Origin: the human T2T-CHM13v2.0 reference genome, Homo sapiens
Length of the DNA stretch: 64,000 nucleotides
Assembly: GCF_009914755.1 (NCBI RefSeq)
Contig: NC_060940.1
Reading direction: 5' to 3' (one strand)
Part shown: positions 38,227 to 56,205 of the stretch, piece by piece
Numbering within the stretch: position 1 is the first letter of the stretch
Layout of the letters: the number at the start of each line of letters is the position of its first letter
Notes under the pieces: generated by a model
Databases searched by the model: none
What the model saw: the letters and a program-made list of their open reading frames with translations, nothing else
Told to the model about the DNA's origin: nothing
Translations under genes and position numbers: made by a program

Positions 38227-41200
38227 GAAATGACAATAAAATAAAAAAAGAACAGTGATCACTTTAACCAAACTTACTTTACAAATATAAAAATATAACC
38301 AAAACTTGTTTCTTTTATACATTTGCCATAAACGTAATACCAGAAAAGTTCTCAAAACCAAACTATAAATGATGCTTGAATACTATGATGTGAACACAAT
38401 AACCAAAAGTTTAAATTTCTAAATACATGACCTTTCCCTCAACAGAACAGCATAATCAATATATCTTCCCAACTTATCTCTATTTTTACGATATGATCCA
38501 TTACTAAGATACAAAATACACCTGAACTGGCCTAATCTAGAGTTACCTAGGTTTTAGTAAGTTTTTTTCCACAAAAACAAGCTTAATAACTATAATACAA
38601 GCTAATATTAAAATGTGTTTTATGGCTCAAATCAAATTACAGTATTAGGTTTCTCATCACGATTTGAACAAAAGCAAACTGCTTGAAATGAGTCCAGTTT
38701 AACCCAAATAATCAGTGATGTATAACAAGTGAAGTAAGTATGGGAAAATCAAATCTTATGCTACAGAAAGCTGACTTATACTACAGTCAACAACCACTAA
38801 GCCTTCTTTGGCAATGAAACATACAAAATTGCAAACTCTGATGCAGTCTCAGTGATTGGCATATACTGTTCCAAACACTATGAACTAGTAAAAACATTAA
38901 GTTTGAGGATGGAAAAGCTACCCCAAGCATTTCATCTCAAGTGACTGAACAAGTACTGTAAAAATAAAGTCATTAAAAAGCCGAGAACATAAGAGCACAA
39001 CATTTAAGAAAGGGAATTTTAAGCCGATTGCTTGCTGGCCTGTTGAATTTGAAGTACTTCTACCTCTCACTTCTAATTAAACATGGAAGAAAACAGACTG
39101 GCTAATTTGGTCACACTTTGTCCAAATACAGTGTTAACTTAATGGAACCCTTAAATATCCAAAATAATAAGTGAATGCTATTTATAAGACAATAAAAAGT
39201 TTTAAAATCTTCCAAATGTGCTGTTAACAGTACAAATTCAAGTGCAGAATTATTACGCCATTTTAAGTATTATCTACTTTTTTAAAAAATCACAGTGGTC
39301 TTCATCACATGGCGAAAAAACAAACTTCACTCTTCTCCAAAGGGATAAGTCCATCCTAAATGTAACTACAAACAATTGTATAAACCTTTATAGTTTTTCC
39401 CCCTAATCTACTAAACATATTCCAGTGTCATTTAGTAGTTTTACATAGAATCTGCACTATACTTGGATACTCAGGGAAAATAAGATGACATATATTGTAG
39501 TTTTAGAACGCAAAAGAGCTTTCATTTTAGACAAATATACAACATAGAAGCCACTAAAAAATATGGGTCTATTAATCAAGAGCCCATTTCAAAATGATAA
39601 GAGCATTTAGTATGTAGATCTGGAATGCACAGTTTCTGGAAGTATTAGAACTTAGTGTTAAACAGTGCCCTTATACCCTCTTCTAATACTGTAGACACCT
39701 ACCAACCAGATTTGATTTCCCCTAATTCTATTATTTCCATCAGAAAACCAAAAACAGATTATTGGGGATCCACCTGTAACTGACCAGAGCAAAAAGTTTT
39801 TAAGACTTCCGTTTGTGTGTTGCAACTTTTACATTCAAAACCAGATCTCTTACATTTCAAGGTTAGTAACCCAGCCATCCTGAATCAAAGGTTTTTCTCA
39901 ACTAGGCCTTAGTGTATGGATGACTGGCTCACGTACTTACTGTATATTGGGAAGAAGTGAAGAAGTGAGAAGTGAAGAATTTCTTGGTCAAAGTTTAAGT
40001 TACAAAGAACATGAGTGGCCTCGAATCAGATGACTCTTCAACTCAAACACTCCTTACTGAGAGTACTTTATAAAACACACAACAAAAGTCTACCTCTCTC
40101 CACCCTCCACAAATTGCAAAAGTGAACATCTGAAATGTGGCCACTGTAGCTTTTCCCTCAAAAGCAATCATGGAAGGTGAGCTGAATCAATCCATCTTCA
40201 TATCCACTTCCTCCAATCTAAAGGAATAGCTGAAGGACGCAGCTAATGGATGAGCTTACCAGCAAAATACATTACATGAGAAATATGCTAATGTAGGCTA
40301 GAGGGGTAGGACTGTTAGGGGCAGGAGGGAAAAGGACAATTCACAGAACTAGTGGCTTTTTCAAAGGAAACTGGGGCATTTTTGATCATGGAGACTGGTG
40401 CTCACCTACCATGAAGGACATGCACAGTTAGTCACTACTTAACCACCATGTGAGGGTTTGACATGACCCCAACTAAAAAAACTTGAGTGTTTATTAATTG
40501 CTCAGCTACACTTGGCCTGATTTCCTCAAGTATCATATACCTTTGACATCACCCAATATTCAGGAAAATAGCCCTGTGACTGGTACCATACTAATCAAAA
40601 GTTCATTTCTATTAAAAACCCTTTTTTCCTTAAGTAGCTACATCTGGCAAGATTCCTTTTTACATTAAGCCTATAGTCAACAAGTCTGTAATAAGGCATA
40701 CATGCTATACTTTGATCATTAAATAATGACACAACCAGCAAACTCCTTTGCTCTAATATTTTTTATTCCCCCAAATTTGATCCGAATTTATCAGTATTTT
40801 TTAAAGTTTTTAAAATTTCGTTTTTCTCTTAACCTGAGAAAACCTGTCCTCTGCCTTGCCCCCAGTTTTCGGTTGATTCACATTATTCCAAAAATATTTT
40901 TGAAGGCTCTGTCATTTGCTAAAACCAAATTTTCTTCTCTATGTACACAACTTCAAGTTAATTGAATATTTGTGCAATCTCAGAGTTCAAAACCTAATAC
41001 ATCCAATTTTAGAAATTTCCTTCACAGATCCCTATTTTTACCATGGCTTTAAGAATAAGACACATAATTTCGCAACAGCACAAATAATTAATACCCCCAT
41101 TATGTGAAGAAAACTCTGAGCTCTAAATGAGTCTCTTCTTATACCAATTCCTATGACTACTGATCGAGCCAATTTTAATAGTTTCCTGTATGTTTAAGGT

Positions 41201-41506
41201 CTGTTGCTTGCAAACCAAGGCCTGGATGGTTATAAAATGTACTGGTCAGTGAATTATACTGGGAGTTCTCTGCAACACAATTCATTTAGGAGTTGCACCT
41301 TGGACTCACTCAGATAAATATAGTTTTCAGAAGTAATGGAAGCTCTTCATCACAAAAATCTAATACAATCTTGGAGTATGTGCCCAAGAATGGTATCAAA
41401 GCAAGGGTCCAATAAACTTGACTGACTTAAACCTGTCATTGTGTTGCAACATTCACCATCCTAAGGTGGGGGGAAAAATGATCCTCACCTATAAGAATTT
41501 TAGAAG

Positions 41507-41512
41507 TTTAAT
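41507..41512 (-). terminator. NUDT21: Candidate proximal poly(A) signal ATTAAA of NUDT21
   Basis: Minus-strand ATTAAA with TGTA ~45 nt upstream; other candidates at 41543-41548 (ATTAAA) and 41711-41716 (AATAAA). Confidence 0.5.
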
Positions 41513-41782
41513 GAGAAATTAAAATAAAAAAAGTCCATTTTCTTTAATGTTGTACAAAAAAGTATGAGCAGAACCGAAAGTAAATAAACATTATCACATT
41601 TGTTTACACCACTATCTAGTTCTTCATATTAATTTTACTATTCAAACAATAGAAAGGTGGCAATTTAGGGATCGCAAAAGAGATAAAACCAAAAAAACTT
41701 TTCTACCACATTTATTCTACACTGTATATAGCTGTGCTCACAGAGACAAGCGGCTTCTTTTACTTCTCCACTGCGCAGGAAT

Positions 41783-41804
41783 TCAGTTGTAAATAAAATT
41801 GAAC
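41783..41804 (-). CDS. NUDT21: NUDT21 exon 7 coding part (FNFIYN*)
   Basis: attcag|G TTC AAT TTT ATT TAC AAC TGA; the seven exons sum to 684 nt = 227 aa + stop. Confidence 0.96.
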
Positions 41805-42759
41805 CTGAATTTTAAAAAGAACAATACCTTTATTAAAGACAGTACATACTACTTTCCATATTAGATAAATAAATTTATCTGGATGTTTCTGCCCTCCCTT
41901 AGCATGTCTGGCATTTTCTTTTTTTCCCCTTCGAATGCCTTTTTACCACGTTTGGCATTTTCTACACCAATTTTCCCTCACTGGTCACATCTTACACACT
42001 AAAAACACTTGTTGAATACTTATAATAAAAAAAATTAAGACTATAAATTTGATTAATTATCCACTAATAAGTTCTTTAAGGCAGGAAAAGTTTCTACATG
42101 TCCTTATACTCTGACTACTCAGCACAGTTCCTGCACTTGACAAGTAGGTGTTTGAATAAATAATATGACTCTTTTCCCCCCATATGCATTTCAACTTGTA
42201 ACCTATCAGGAGGCCAAAGTGGAGTGGCAAAAGATAAGGTTTGATTAGTGACGAAGTAGAAAGAGCAATTTCATACTCAATAAGCTTTCACAAAAGGCCA
42301 ATTTCACTAACATTTATTAAGTATGTACCAGATTACTGGCACTGTTGTAAGCATTTTATATGCATTATTTCACTTGGTCCTCATAATCCTCTGAAGTAGA
42401 GACTACTATCCCCATTTACAGATGAAGAAACAGTCAAATAGGTATAATAGTTTGTTCAAGGTCACACTGCCAGCAAGTACTCAGGTTGGGCTTCAAATCC
42501 AAAACACTGACTGCAGAATCTACTTTCATAACCACCATGTTATTCTGCAATTCCTATATATGGCTGGCTCTAATAGAGACCTCAACCAGTACAAGTCAAC
42601 TTTTAAAAAACTGCATTTCTTATCACTCTAACTGCCTAAAGATTCAAACCCCACGTAAAAGTTCAGGACCTAATCCCACAAGCCTCAATTTGGGCCAAAA
42701 TATAGTAAGTTTCAAAAAAGGAAAGCGAATATATTACACCAAGATATTCGATTTGCCAC

Positions 42760-43057
42760 CTTTTTTTTCTTTTTTTTAGATGGAGTCTCACTCTGTCGCC
42801 CAGGCTGGAGTGCAGTAGCGTGATCTCAGTTCATTGCAACCTCTGCCTCCCGGGTTCAAGCAATTCTCTGCCTCAGCCTCCCAAGTAGCTGGGATTAAAA
42901 GCGCTGGCCACCACGCCTCACTAATTTTTGTATTTTTAGTAGAGATGGGGTTTCACCATCTTGGCCAGACTGGTCTCGAACTCCTGACCTGGTGATACAC
43001 CCCCGCCTCAGCCTCCCAAAGTGCTGGGATTACAGGCATGAGCCACTACATCCAGCC
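42760..43057 (-). mobile_element. AluS in NUDT21 intron 6
   Basis: Antisense dimer; TSD ATTTGCCAC. Confidence 0.88.
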
Positions 43058-43352
43058 AATTTGCCACATTTTAATACAGACAACTCCGCTCATATTTACA
43101 CACTGTTGACTGCTATTTAACCATCTCTTTTTTGAATAAAGACATCAACCTTAACTCTTGAGAATATCAGAATTAGGGAAGAGCAGTTGCACAAATACCA
43201 GAATGTCATGCCGAAACTTAAGAGTCTGGGGATGGTATTAGTCACAATTAATCTATGGCTTGCACATGATCTAAGAGTCTATCTACTTTCTTAGTTTCCT
43301 TAAAGACCAAAATTCATGAACTATACCTTCCCAAGTGGCTCAGAATATTTTA

Positions 43353-43571
<219 letters not shown>

Positions 43572-43801
43572 TCATTTTTAAATTACCAATTTTACATTTA
43601 ATAAAAAGTGTAAGAAAAAAGATAATTCTCATTAATACATTTTGGTTGTGTCTTTCAAGGTAGATTTCCTAGCCACAGATTTGAAACTAAAAGCATGGTA
43701 TACATCTTTAGTTTTACAATAAACCCAAAAGTTCAAGGAACTTTGAGAAAACACAAATAGAGGTATCCTTGAAATTATTCTACAGAATTTTTAGATGGCT
43801 A

Positions 43802-43906
<105 letters not shown>

Positions 43907-44184
43907 TTACAAATGAATACAACTTTAATATGTATTCCATGGCTTCATTTCTTTACATGTTTACTCCCCAGTATAGTATAAACTGTTGGGAGAAGCATAC
44001 TACTTTCTGTCCTCTTTACCAGGACTTATCTAACAGATACACTAGTAAATAAATGCTTTAATGCATATAAAATAACAAGCAGTAAACCAGTCAACCATTC
44101 GAGATAAAATATGTAGTCACAGGATTTATAGCTTGAGATACTTAAAACATAATGAAGTCCGATTTTAATCAGTATCTTTAATAA

Positions 44185-44866
<682 letters not shown>

Positions 44867-47139
44867 CAGTAAGTTAAACAGTCTAGAATCCTGTTGTAGA
44901 CCTGTTTACATTAAAAATTCAAATATAAGCTGTGAGGCATTTGACAAGATGCTTCTTGCTCCTCCTTCCAGCCCCAACCTCAAACCTCCCCGTATGCCAA
45001 GGTGCATGCTTCAGGAATACCAGAAGAGCAGTCTAAGTGAAGTTTTGCCAGATGGGCAAAGCCAAATTACTCGAGGAAACAAATATAAAAATATATATAT
45101 AATATATATGTATATTTTAGAGAATTTAAAGGGATGAAGAGAATTAGAGAGGGAAGTTGCTACCCGGGAAGGAAAAATTCTGACACAGAACAAAAAAAAA
45201 GTCTAAGGGTTATACAATTCTTGTATAAATCTCTCCACAATACATTCAGAAATCTACTTTTGCTGTTGGAGTTGTATCTGAGAGCTGGGGAATTTAAAAT
45301 TGCTGAAAACAGATATAAGGGGAAAGTGAGATAAAAGCAGAAGCTGCCAAAAGGAGGTATTAGCATCATCCTCAATTTACACAGAATCACATGCTAAGAG
45401 AGGCTAAGTATCTTTCCCAAGATTACTCAGCCAAGTTGTGAAGCCAAGATTTAACTGTATCTATTCAACTCTTATCTAATTATAAAAGCCTATGTTATTT
45501 CCCACTGTGTTACTCATTGGCACCTAACCAGTATTCCAGTTAGAATAATTATATATCAGAGCCATCCCTAGGGTACAATGAATTGAGGCAATTGTCCCAG
45601 GCTTTGGAGGTTCCTTAAACTGTCATGAAAACCAGATACATTAACAGTCACAGAGAAAGTGGCCTGAATAGCACAAGCTAAGAGATCTGTGGATCACATA
45701 CAATAAAAGTTCCCAAACCATGATCAAACAAAATGAGTAGCATTTCCCCAAATTTCTTCTGCTCAAGGCTACATGTTCCTATTTTTTTAAGCCTTTCTTC
45801 TCTGGTCTTAATGTTTAAGTTGACTGTACTTTATACAAAAAGACTGAGATAGGAAGATGATATGCTCCTTTTCCACTGACATCTAACTAATACTCTAGGC
45901 TTCCTAAATAAATCAATACACTTATGTCAAATACCACCAGGGCCAACTCTAGGCCTTACTGAATGAAGAGAACTGTCCTAGGACAGTGGTAGGGGAGATG
46001 AGTGAAGATATTCAGAAAAGTTATCTGGAAAACCACTGGGGTCACTACTAAGCATTTTCCAATTAGATCAAGGCATGTTCAGGAAGCCAAAAAAAAGTTT
46101 AGAATAACTGTACTATGTATCTTTGAACAAGTAACTTCACTGTTTCCATATGAAATTGTTCTTCCTTAAAGCCAAGATGTGTTCCTGGCAATTCTTAGGT
46201 AGTGAACACCAGCATCAGCTTCCACAGCCCCTATCTTCTTGTCCCTCTGCCATACAAGGGAGTCAGAAGCAAGAGAAAAGAACGATCTTTTGCTTGGTTG
46301 ATATTTTGTGCAATGCTTGACCTGAAACATCTTGTCATGTAAAGGAGCTATAAAGTCATAGGGCTTTTTAATTTGCCTAAAGAATTCAGGATCCAACTTT
46401 AAGAAGTTCCACCATTAGCAAAAATAGGAATATTTGAGCATCAGTAACATCATCACTCATTATCATGGATTAAAATATTTCAAATTATTTAAATCCAAAA
46501 GGTCATACTGACACTTTAAAGGTCACTGAAACATGCTTTTTGTGTGTGTGTGCCCCACATTACGCTACCTCCGATTTCGGGGCAGCTATGTTTGAAAAGT
46601 ATCAGAGGGTTCCCTGTTTGCTGCCACTGTCTCAACAAGCACTCAAGACTCAACATGGAAATGCAAGGGAGTTCATGCAACCCTTATCCAATGGGGTATA
46701 GGAGTCCCTACATGGTTCCTGGTCCTTAACAGAACAAATCCAGTTGCCCACAGGTGTAAAAAGATCAATAACATGCCCTGTCTTACTTCTGCTGCTTCTG
46801 GTCTCTCTCTCCCCTGTATTCTGCTGCTTCCTGGAATCACCTCTCAAACTGCCTGTACCCAAGTCTTGGTCTTACCCTCTCTTTTGAATAAAGTCAAGTC
46901 TTTAGAGGATGCTAAGGAATTAAGTCATTCTTCTGAAAAATGTTAAGTAAAGGAATAGCAGCATATTTTTTTTTTCTACACAAACCACACACTTCAGTAA
47001 TACATAAGTTTCTTTTTATATGAGGATCACAACCCTTATGAATTCATAGACCAGGAAATGATCATCAATGAGCTGCTAACATTACAACAAGAAACAACCA
47101 AATATTTTTAAATTCCTGATGGAAGTACACTATACCAAT

Positions 47140-47692
47140 TGTGATAGACTGCCTTAAGATGACCCCCAATGATTCCTGTCTCCTGGTATTCACTGCTTTG
47201 TGTAGTCCCTCCTATAGCGTACCAGGGTTGGCTTGTGTGACCAATAGCACACAGCAGAAGTGATGGTATGCCACTGCCAAGATTAGGTTATCACAGACTG
47301 AGGCTTCCTACTTGGGCACTCCTCTAGCACTCTGTCTCTCACTATCTCTTGGATCACACAGCCTTGGGTAAGCCAGCTGCCTGAGAGTTGTCCTTTTAGA
47401 GATGTTCTCATGGCAAGGAACTGAGGGAGACCTTGAGACAACAGCCAGCAACACCTGAAGCAAAGCTTTAGTCTAACAGCCCAGATGAAACTAAGAAGTT
47501 TGCTAACACACACACGTGTAAGCTCGGGATCAGATACTTTAACCCCAGTTCCACCTTATGATGCAGTCCCAGCTGACAACTTGACTGTAACTTCATGACA
47601 GAGCCTAAGCCAGAACCACCCTAAGCAACTCCCAGAGGCCTAAAGGCTGCTAAATTTTGAGGTAATTTGTTATGCAGGTATAGATTATATAC
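47140..47692 (+). mobile_element. MaLR solo LTR (MLT1F-like)
   Basis: TGTGATAGACTG...GATGACCCCCAATGATTCC...GCTGCTAAATTTTGAGGTAATTTGTTATGCAG. Confidence 0.7.
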
Positions 47693-48199
47693 CGCCTATG
47701 ACAAGCCTTGTTACCCCTCCCCAAATTAACTGAGCCTGAATACAATTTCTAGATCTAACTATCAATTTGCAAGACACACAGGGGAAACAGCTACATATTC
47801 AACAACAACAGGGGAATGCAATCGAAATGGAAACATTAGCCTGTTTTCATTAACAAATAAAACACAAGGAAAAAAAAAAGGTGCCAAGTGTGTAAAAGAG
47901 ACTTTAGAGACTATCCTAATCCAAACAAATTATAAAAAGAAAATAGAAATAATCAGGATACGCGAACAGTGACTATATATTTGACAATAATATGGAATTG
48001 TTTATTTTTAGTATGATAATAACAGTACTATAGTTATCTTTTTAAAGAGATCCTTATTTTTATGATTCACACTGAAATATTTACAATTGAAATGAATAGC
48101 TAGGATACACTTCAAAATAATCCAAGATGAGGGTAGGAGAATGAAGCGGTGGAATGAGGGGTTGTGATGTGCTAACTGTTAAAGGCAGACGACGGGTAG

Positions 48200-48486
<287 letters not shown>

Positions 48487-48655
48487 TGATCCACCCGCCT
48501 CGGCCTCCTGAAGTGCTGGGATTACAGGCATGAGCCACCTCGCCCGGCCTTGTATTTGTTTTACATTTTCCTTTAAAATAAGAAGTGCTTGGCTTAATTT
48601 TGTAATTTAAATTAAGGAGGGAAGAAAAGAAAATTTCAAGTCAAATTCTACTTTA

Positions 48656-48823
<168 letters not shown>

Positions 48824-49699
48824 TCAAAAAGAAATAAGCCAGTAAACAACTAAATATATGTACTCACAAATCCCCTTCTTCAGTGAACAGAAAATTCTTA
48901 GCAGTGCTCCTAATTGAAACATAGGGATAATATGCCTTCCATACAGATTTTCTATGATTTGTTAATATAGATGTCACTCTGCCCAAGACATACAATATTA
49001 GTTCAAAACTGGCAAGCTAGTATCAACATAAAAATTGTGTTCAAAATTCAGCTTTCATTTTTATTAATTTGTATAGCAGAACACTAAACTTATTTTAACC
49101 AAAGTCATACTCTACATATTTTAAGTGGCCAAAAATAGTTCTACAATGTTCATGGTGAGAAACTGCAGTTCTCTGTCCTGCTTCACCCATTCCCACTGGC
49201 TGTAACTTTCAACTCTTGGTTGTTTTTCCCCTCATGTTTTCTTCTATTTTTAAAAGCATTCTTCTTGGTCTTAAATAAACGGTTTATTTTAGGATAGTTT
49301 TAGATTTACAGAAAACTTGCAAAACTTGTTCAGAGACTTCTCATATACCCCACACAGTTTCCCCGACTGTTAACATCTCACACTAGTAAAGCACATTTGT
49401 CAAACTAATCAACCAATACCAAGACAAGATTATTAACTGAAGTCCATATATTATTCAGATATCCATAGTCTTTAACCTAATGTCCTTTTTCATTTTTCAG
49501 TCCCAGGATCCCATCTAAGATACCATATTACACTTAATCTTCATTTCTTCCGAGGTTCCTCTACATTGTGACAGCTTTTCATACCTTCCTTGTGTTTGAT
49601 GATCTTGATAGCTTTGAGGAATACTGGTCAAGTATTTTGTAAAACATCCCTCAATTAAATTGAAGTTATGAGCTTTTGGGAAGAAAACTACAGAGGTAA

Positions 49700-50050
<351 letters not shown>

Positions 50051-50053
50051 TGA

Positions 50054-50587
<534 letters not shown>

Positions 50588-50909
50588 TGAGCCACTGCGC
50601 CTGGCCTCTTGATTTTCATTTTAAAAACATTTTTTAAAAGCCTATAACCCTCTACTATGAATGAGAATTTAGATATTAAAATCACACATCCTAGTTACAC
50701 TTTTTCTTCCACCATCTTCCCATTATCAATATTTGGTTAAGTCAATATTCAGTATTTAAGTTAGTATGATCCGGTAGATCAGTCACAACAGAGCAATGAT
50801 TAGCAAACCGTATCTCCTTACTTGTTCAACTGTCCTATTCTTTAGTTAATAACTTTCATTTCCTTTGCTATCACTAAATTCATTTCCCACATTCTCCATG
50901 ATAACTTAA

Positions 50910-51107
<198 letters not shown>

Positions 51108-52236
51108 TAGCTGGGACTACAGATGCAAGCCACAGCACCAGGCTAATTTTTCACCATGTTGCCAAGGGTGGTCTCAAGCTCCTAGGCTCACGTGATCTGC
51201 CCATCTCAGCCTCCCAAAGTGCTGAAATTGCAGGCATGAGCCACCACACCCAGCCTAAGACACGTTTTTCTATCATCCTGCTGTAATCTGTACTTGATAG
51301 TCTCAACCCTGCTTCACAGCTGGAGTCCTTATTTTATTCCATTTTGGGGGTGAACACCCTCTAGTAGCTTCCTGAGAAAAGGTACAAGAGATGTAACTTT
51401 TTGAAACTCTGCATGTCTAGAAGTAACTTTTACCCACACACTTGATTTATAGTTTGATTAGAAAATTCTAGGACAGAGATTATATTCTCTCAAAATTACA
51501 AAGACAACACTCCACCATCCCTTAGCTTCCAGAATTATTTCTGGGTAGTTTAATGCAATTTCTGATTTTGATGTTTTGCATTTAACCTCTCTGCTTACCA
51601 ATCCTCCACCTCCCACTTTGGAAGCTTTTACATCTTTTTGTTTTTATTTTCGTTTGTAGGATCTAAAACGTCATGATGATATGCCTTTGCGTGGATCTTT
51701 AAACATTCACTATAGAGGCAAGGCCAGTAGGTCTTCTCAATCTCAAAACTCATGCCCTTTGAGGTTTGAGAAATTTTCTCTAATTATGCTTTGCTAATTC
51801 TTCCTTTTACTCTGTTCTATTTATCTATAGTTTATATTGGTCCTTCTAGAATGACCCACTAATTTTATCTATTCTTACCTACATTCTATCTTTTTATCTT
51901 TTCATTCTATTTTCTGGTAGAATGAACCTCTTAACTCTTTACTGAATTTTTCATTTCTTCCAACATTTTTTTAATATCCATGAGGTTTTTCTTGGCTAAA
52001 ATGTCTTTTTAATAGCACTGTTTCACAGGTGCAAAATCTCCTCTCATCTCACCAAGAATATTAATCATAGTTTTGTCAATGGTTGAATTTTCTGCTTCTG
52101 TTGAGGTCCTTTTGCTTCTTTTGATCTTTTTCTTGTTAAGAAGTTTTCTCCAAAAGCCTGGTGATAGTTGGTTGTGTACTCACAAGGGAGAAGCAACAAG
52201 ATGCTTAATTGTCACCTCTGTGTGCATGAGTGATAG

Positions 52237-52431
<195 letters not shown>

Positions 52432-52577
52432 TAGAGACGGGGTTTCACCATGCTGGTCAGGCTGGTCTCAAACTCCAGACCTCATGATCCACCCGCCTTG
52501 GCCTCCCCAAGTGCTGGGATTACAGGTGTGAGCCACCGCGCCTGGCCCAGGACTACATTATTTCTATAGAAAATTCT

Positions 52578-52984
52578 TGCTTTGGTTTGGATATGGTTTG
52601 TCTCCCTGCCCCCAAACTCATGTTGAAATTTGATCCCCAATGTGACAGTGTTGGCAGGCAGGGCCTAGTGGAAGGTGTTTGAGTCATGCAGGTGGATCCT
52701 TCATGAATAGTTTAATACCCTTCCTCCATCAGGAATGGATTAGTTCCCTGGAGAGAGGGTTGTTAAAGAGTGTGGCTTCCTGGATTCACTCTTGCTTCCT
52801 CCCTTGCCATGTCTCTTTGCACATGCCCACTCCCATTTTGCTTTCTGCCATGAGTGGAAGCACCATGAAGCCCTCACCAGCTGCCCAATCTTGCCACCAG
52901 AACTGGTGAGCCAAATAAATCTTTTTCTTTATAAATTACCCAGCCTCAGGTATTCTGTTATAGCAACATTAAACAGACGAAGAC
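52578..52984 (+). mobile_element. MaLR solo LTR (MSTB-like)
   Basis: TTTGGATATGGTTTG...CTCATGTTGAAATTTGATCCCCAATG...ATAAATTACCCAGCCTCAGGTATTCTGTTATAGCAAC. Confidence 0.8.
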
Positions 52985-53896
52985 AGCTCCCAAATGGCAG
53001 TATCTGAAGTTTTTCTTGGACTGGTCACTTTTTCCAGAAACAAGAATTCCAACCCTCAGCCTGGGATATATAAATCTAATTGTTGGCTGGGCCTGGTGGC
53101 TCATGCATGTAATCCCAATGCTTTGGGAGGACTGCTTCAGGCCAGGAGTTTGAGACCAGCCTGGGCAACATAGCACGATCTCATCTCTATAAAAAACTTT
53201 TCTTTAATTAGCCAGGCATCATGGGCACATACCTGCAGTCCTAGCTACTCAGGAAGCTGAGGCAGGAAGATTGCTTGAGCCCAGGAGTTTGTGGTTACAG
53301 TGAGCTATGATCACACCACCATCCTCCAGCCTGAGGAACAGAGTGAGACCCTGTCTCTAAAAAAAATAAGTAAGCCTAGACTGACAGTGGCTCACACCTG
53401 TAATCCCAACACTTTGGGAGGCCAAAGCAGGCAGATCACCTGAGGTCAGGAGTTCGAGACCAACCTGGCCGACACGGTGAAACCCCATCTCTACTAAAAA
53501 TATAAAAATTAGCTGGGCATGGTAGTGGGCACCTGTAATCCCAGCTACTCTGGAGGCTGAGGCAGGAGAATCGCTTGAACCCAGGAGGCAGAGGTTGCAG
53601 TGAGCAACCATTGCTCACATTGGAGATCACGCCACTGCACTCCAGCCTGGGCGACAAGAGTGAAACTCCGCCTCAAAAAAAAAAAAACAAAAACAAAAAA
53701 AAAAAAAAACAAGCCTAATTGTTAACATTCTGTCAGCCTAATAGAGGTCCAAGAGTCTGACTATTCAGAATAGGAACTCTTATTCTCCCCATCCCCTAAA
53801 CTTTTTTCATTGCTAGTTGTTCTCTGATTCAATTACTACAGAGAATCATCAGCCAGTCTTTGCCTAATTACAGAGTGGGGAAGACAATCTAGATAC

Positions 53897-54635
<739 letters not shown>

Positions 54636-55597
54636 ATAAATATACTCCATATATACTTTGAACCAGTCCAGTTTTCAGCCCATGCATGCCCCCACTTTCA
54701 TAAGTACCTAGCACCTTCAGTTCCTCAGTCATTCTGGTACTCTGCAATGCTAGATTCTGCCTGCCTGTCTGCTGGACTAAGGTTTCTGCTAAGTTAGTTA
54801 TAATTTGCCCATCTGTTTTCCAGTTTCCAAAAATTTTGCTTTTGTGATTCTCTCATTTTGCACTCCCTCAACCTTAATGGACTTATATCTTTGTACCATA
54901 CATTATATAAATGGAAGTCCAAGCACAGGAAAATGTTTAAGAGTTATAATACATTTTTAGAAATACTAGAAAGACAAACCAATAGGTCAAAAGTGGGAGA
55001 ATTACGGGTGACTTTAGTTTTGTTTCTCCTTTGCTTTTCTGTGTTTGCCAAGCTTTTTGCACAGAGAATATATGAGCTTTGTAACAGGGGCAGGCGGCAA
55101 TTGAATGTTAAAGAAGAAAACTAACATTGAAAACAATTTACAATCTCAAAATCCTCAGTATCTATGCATTTGGCCCCAAGTCTTTACATGCAGGCATTAC
55201 AATGATTTTTAAAAAGTAGAATAATTTGGGCAAAGTCTAAAAAATATGTGAAAAAAGTGAAAACACAGGCATCTTTCTCTTTTCAAAATTCTATAGAGGC
55301 CTACTCTTGAACAAAACTACCTGCATTCAAACCTCTGGCTCTACAACACACTAGCTATATAACAAGAAGTAATTTAAACTTAATAATATCTACTTCCTAC
55401 AGTTGTGGTGGTGATTAAAGGAATTAGCACATGTAAAGCACTCAGAACAGTGTCTAGCACAGTAATACTTAAATGTCAGTTTTAATTTACCATTGCTGTG
55501 ACACAGTTTAACATTTTAAAAATTGAAATAAGTGTAACTTCAACTTGTAAAAAAAAATCAACATTGTACTAACCTTCTGGAGTTTAAGTTGTATTTA

Positions 55598-55774
<177 letters not shown>

Positions 55775-55984
55775 TTAAGAATTTCAGCTTTCAACTTAAT
55801 ACAATTTGGAGATAACAAATAACACAATAATTGTTATTTCTACCAAGTCACTAAGAACATATTTCAGCATAATAAGGCAATCAAAACAAGTATCAAAGTG
55901 AAGGGGGAGAATATGCTTGAATTCATGTCAATTCCCCAGACTAACAGTATACAAACCCTAGGTTTTTTTCCTCTTCGTATATAT

Positions 55985-56205
55985 TTATTTTTATTTTATT
56001 GTAGATTCAACGGGTACATGTACAAGTTTGTTACATAGGTATATTGTGTAATGCTAAGGTTTAGGCTTCTAGTGAACCCATCACTGAAACAGTGAACATA
56101 ACATCCAATAGGAAGTATTTCAACCCTCGCCTCCCCCTCACCCTCCCCACCTTTGGAGTATACAGTGTTTATTTTTTCCAACTTTATGTCCATATGTACC
56201 CATCA
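55985..56205 (-). mobile_element. L1 (PB/MA-type) 3' fragment
   Basis: Antisense GGGTACATGTACAAGTTTGTTACATAGG; flanked by AAACCCTAG on both sides (probable TSD). Confidence 0.75.

Larger units (their letters stand above)
38197..41782 (-). other. NUDT21: NUDT21 long 3'UTR
   Basis: AT-rich, Alu-free ~3.6 kb stretch after the stop, ending near an AATAAA at 38226-38221; exact end approximate. Confidence 0.75.

Noticed and set aside
46540-46870. LTR-like segment in NUDT21 intron 4
   Set aside because: Could not assign termini or a family with confidence without a Dfam search.
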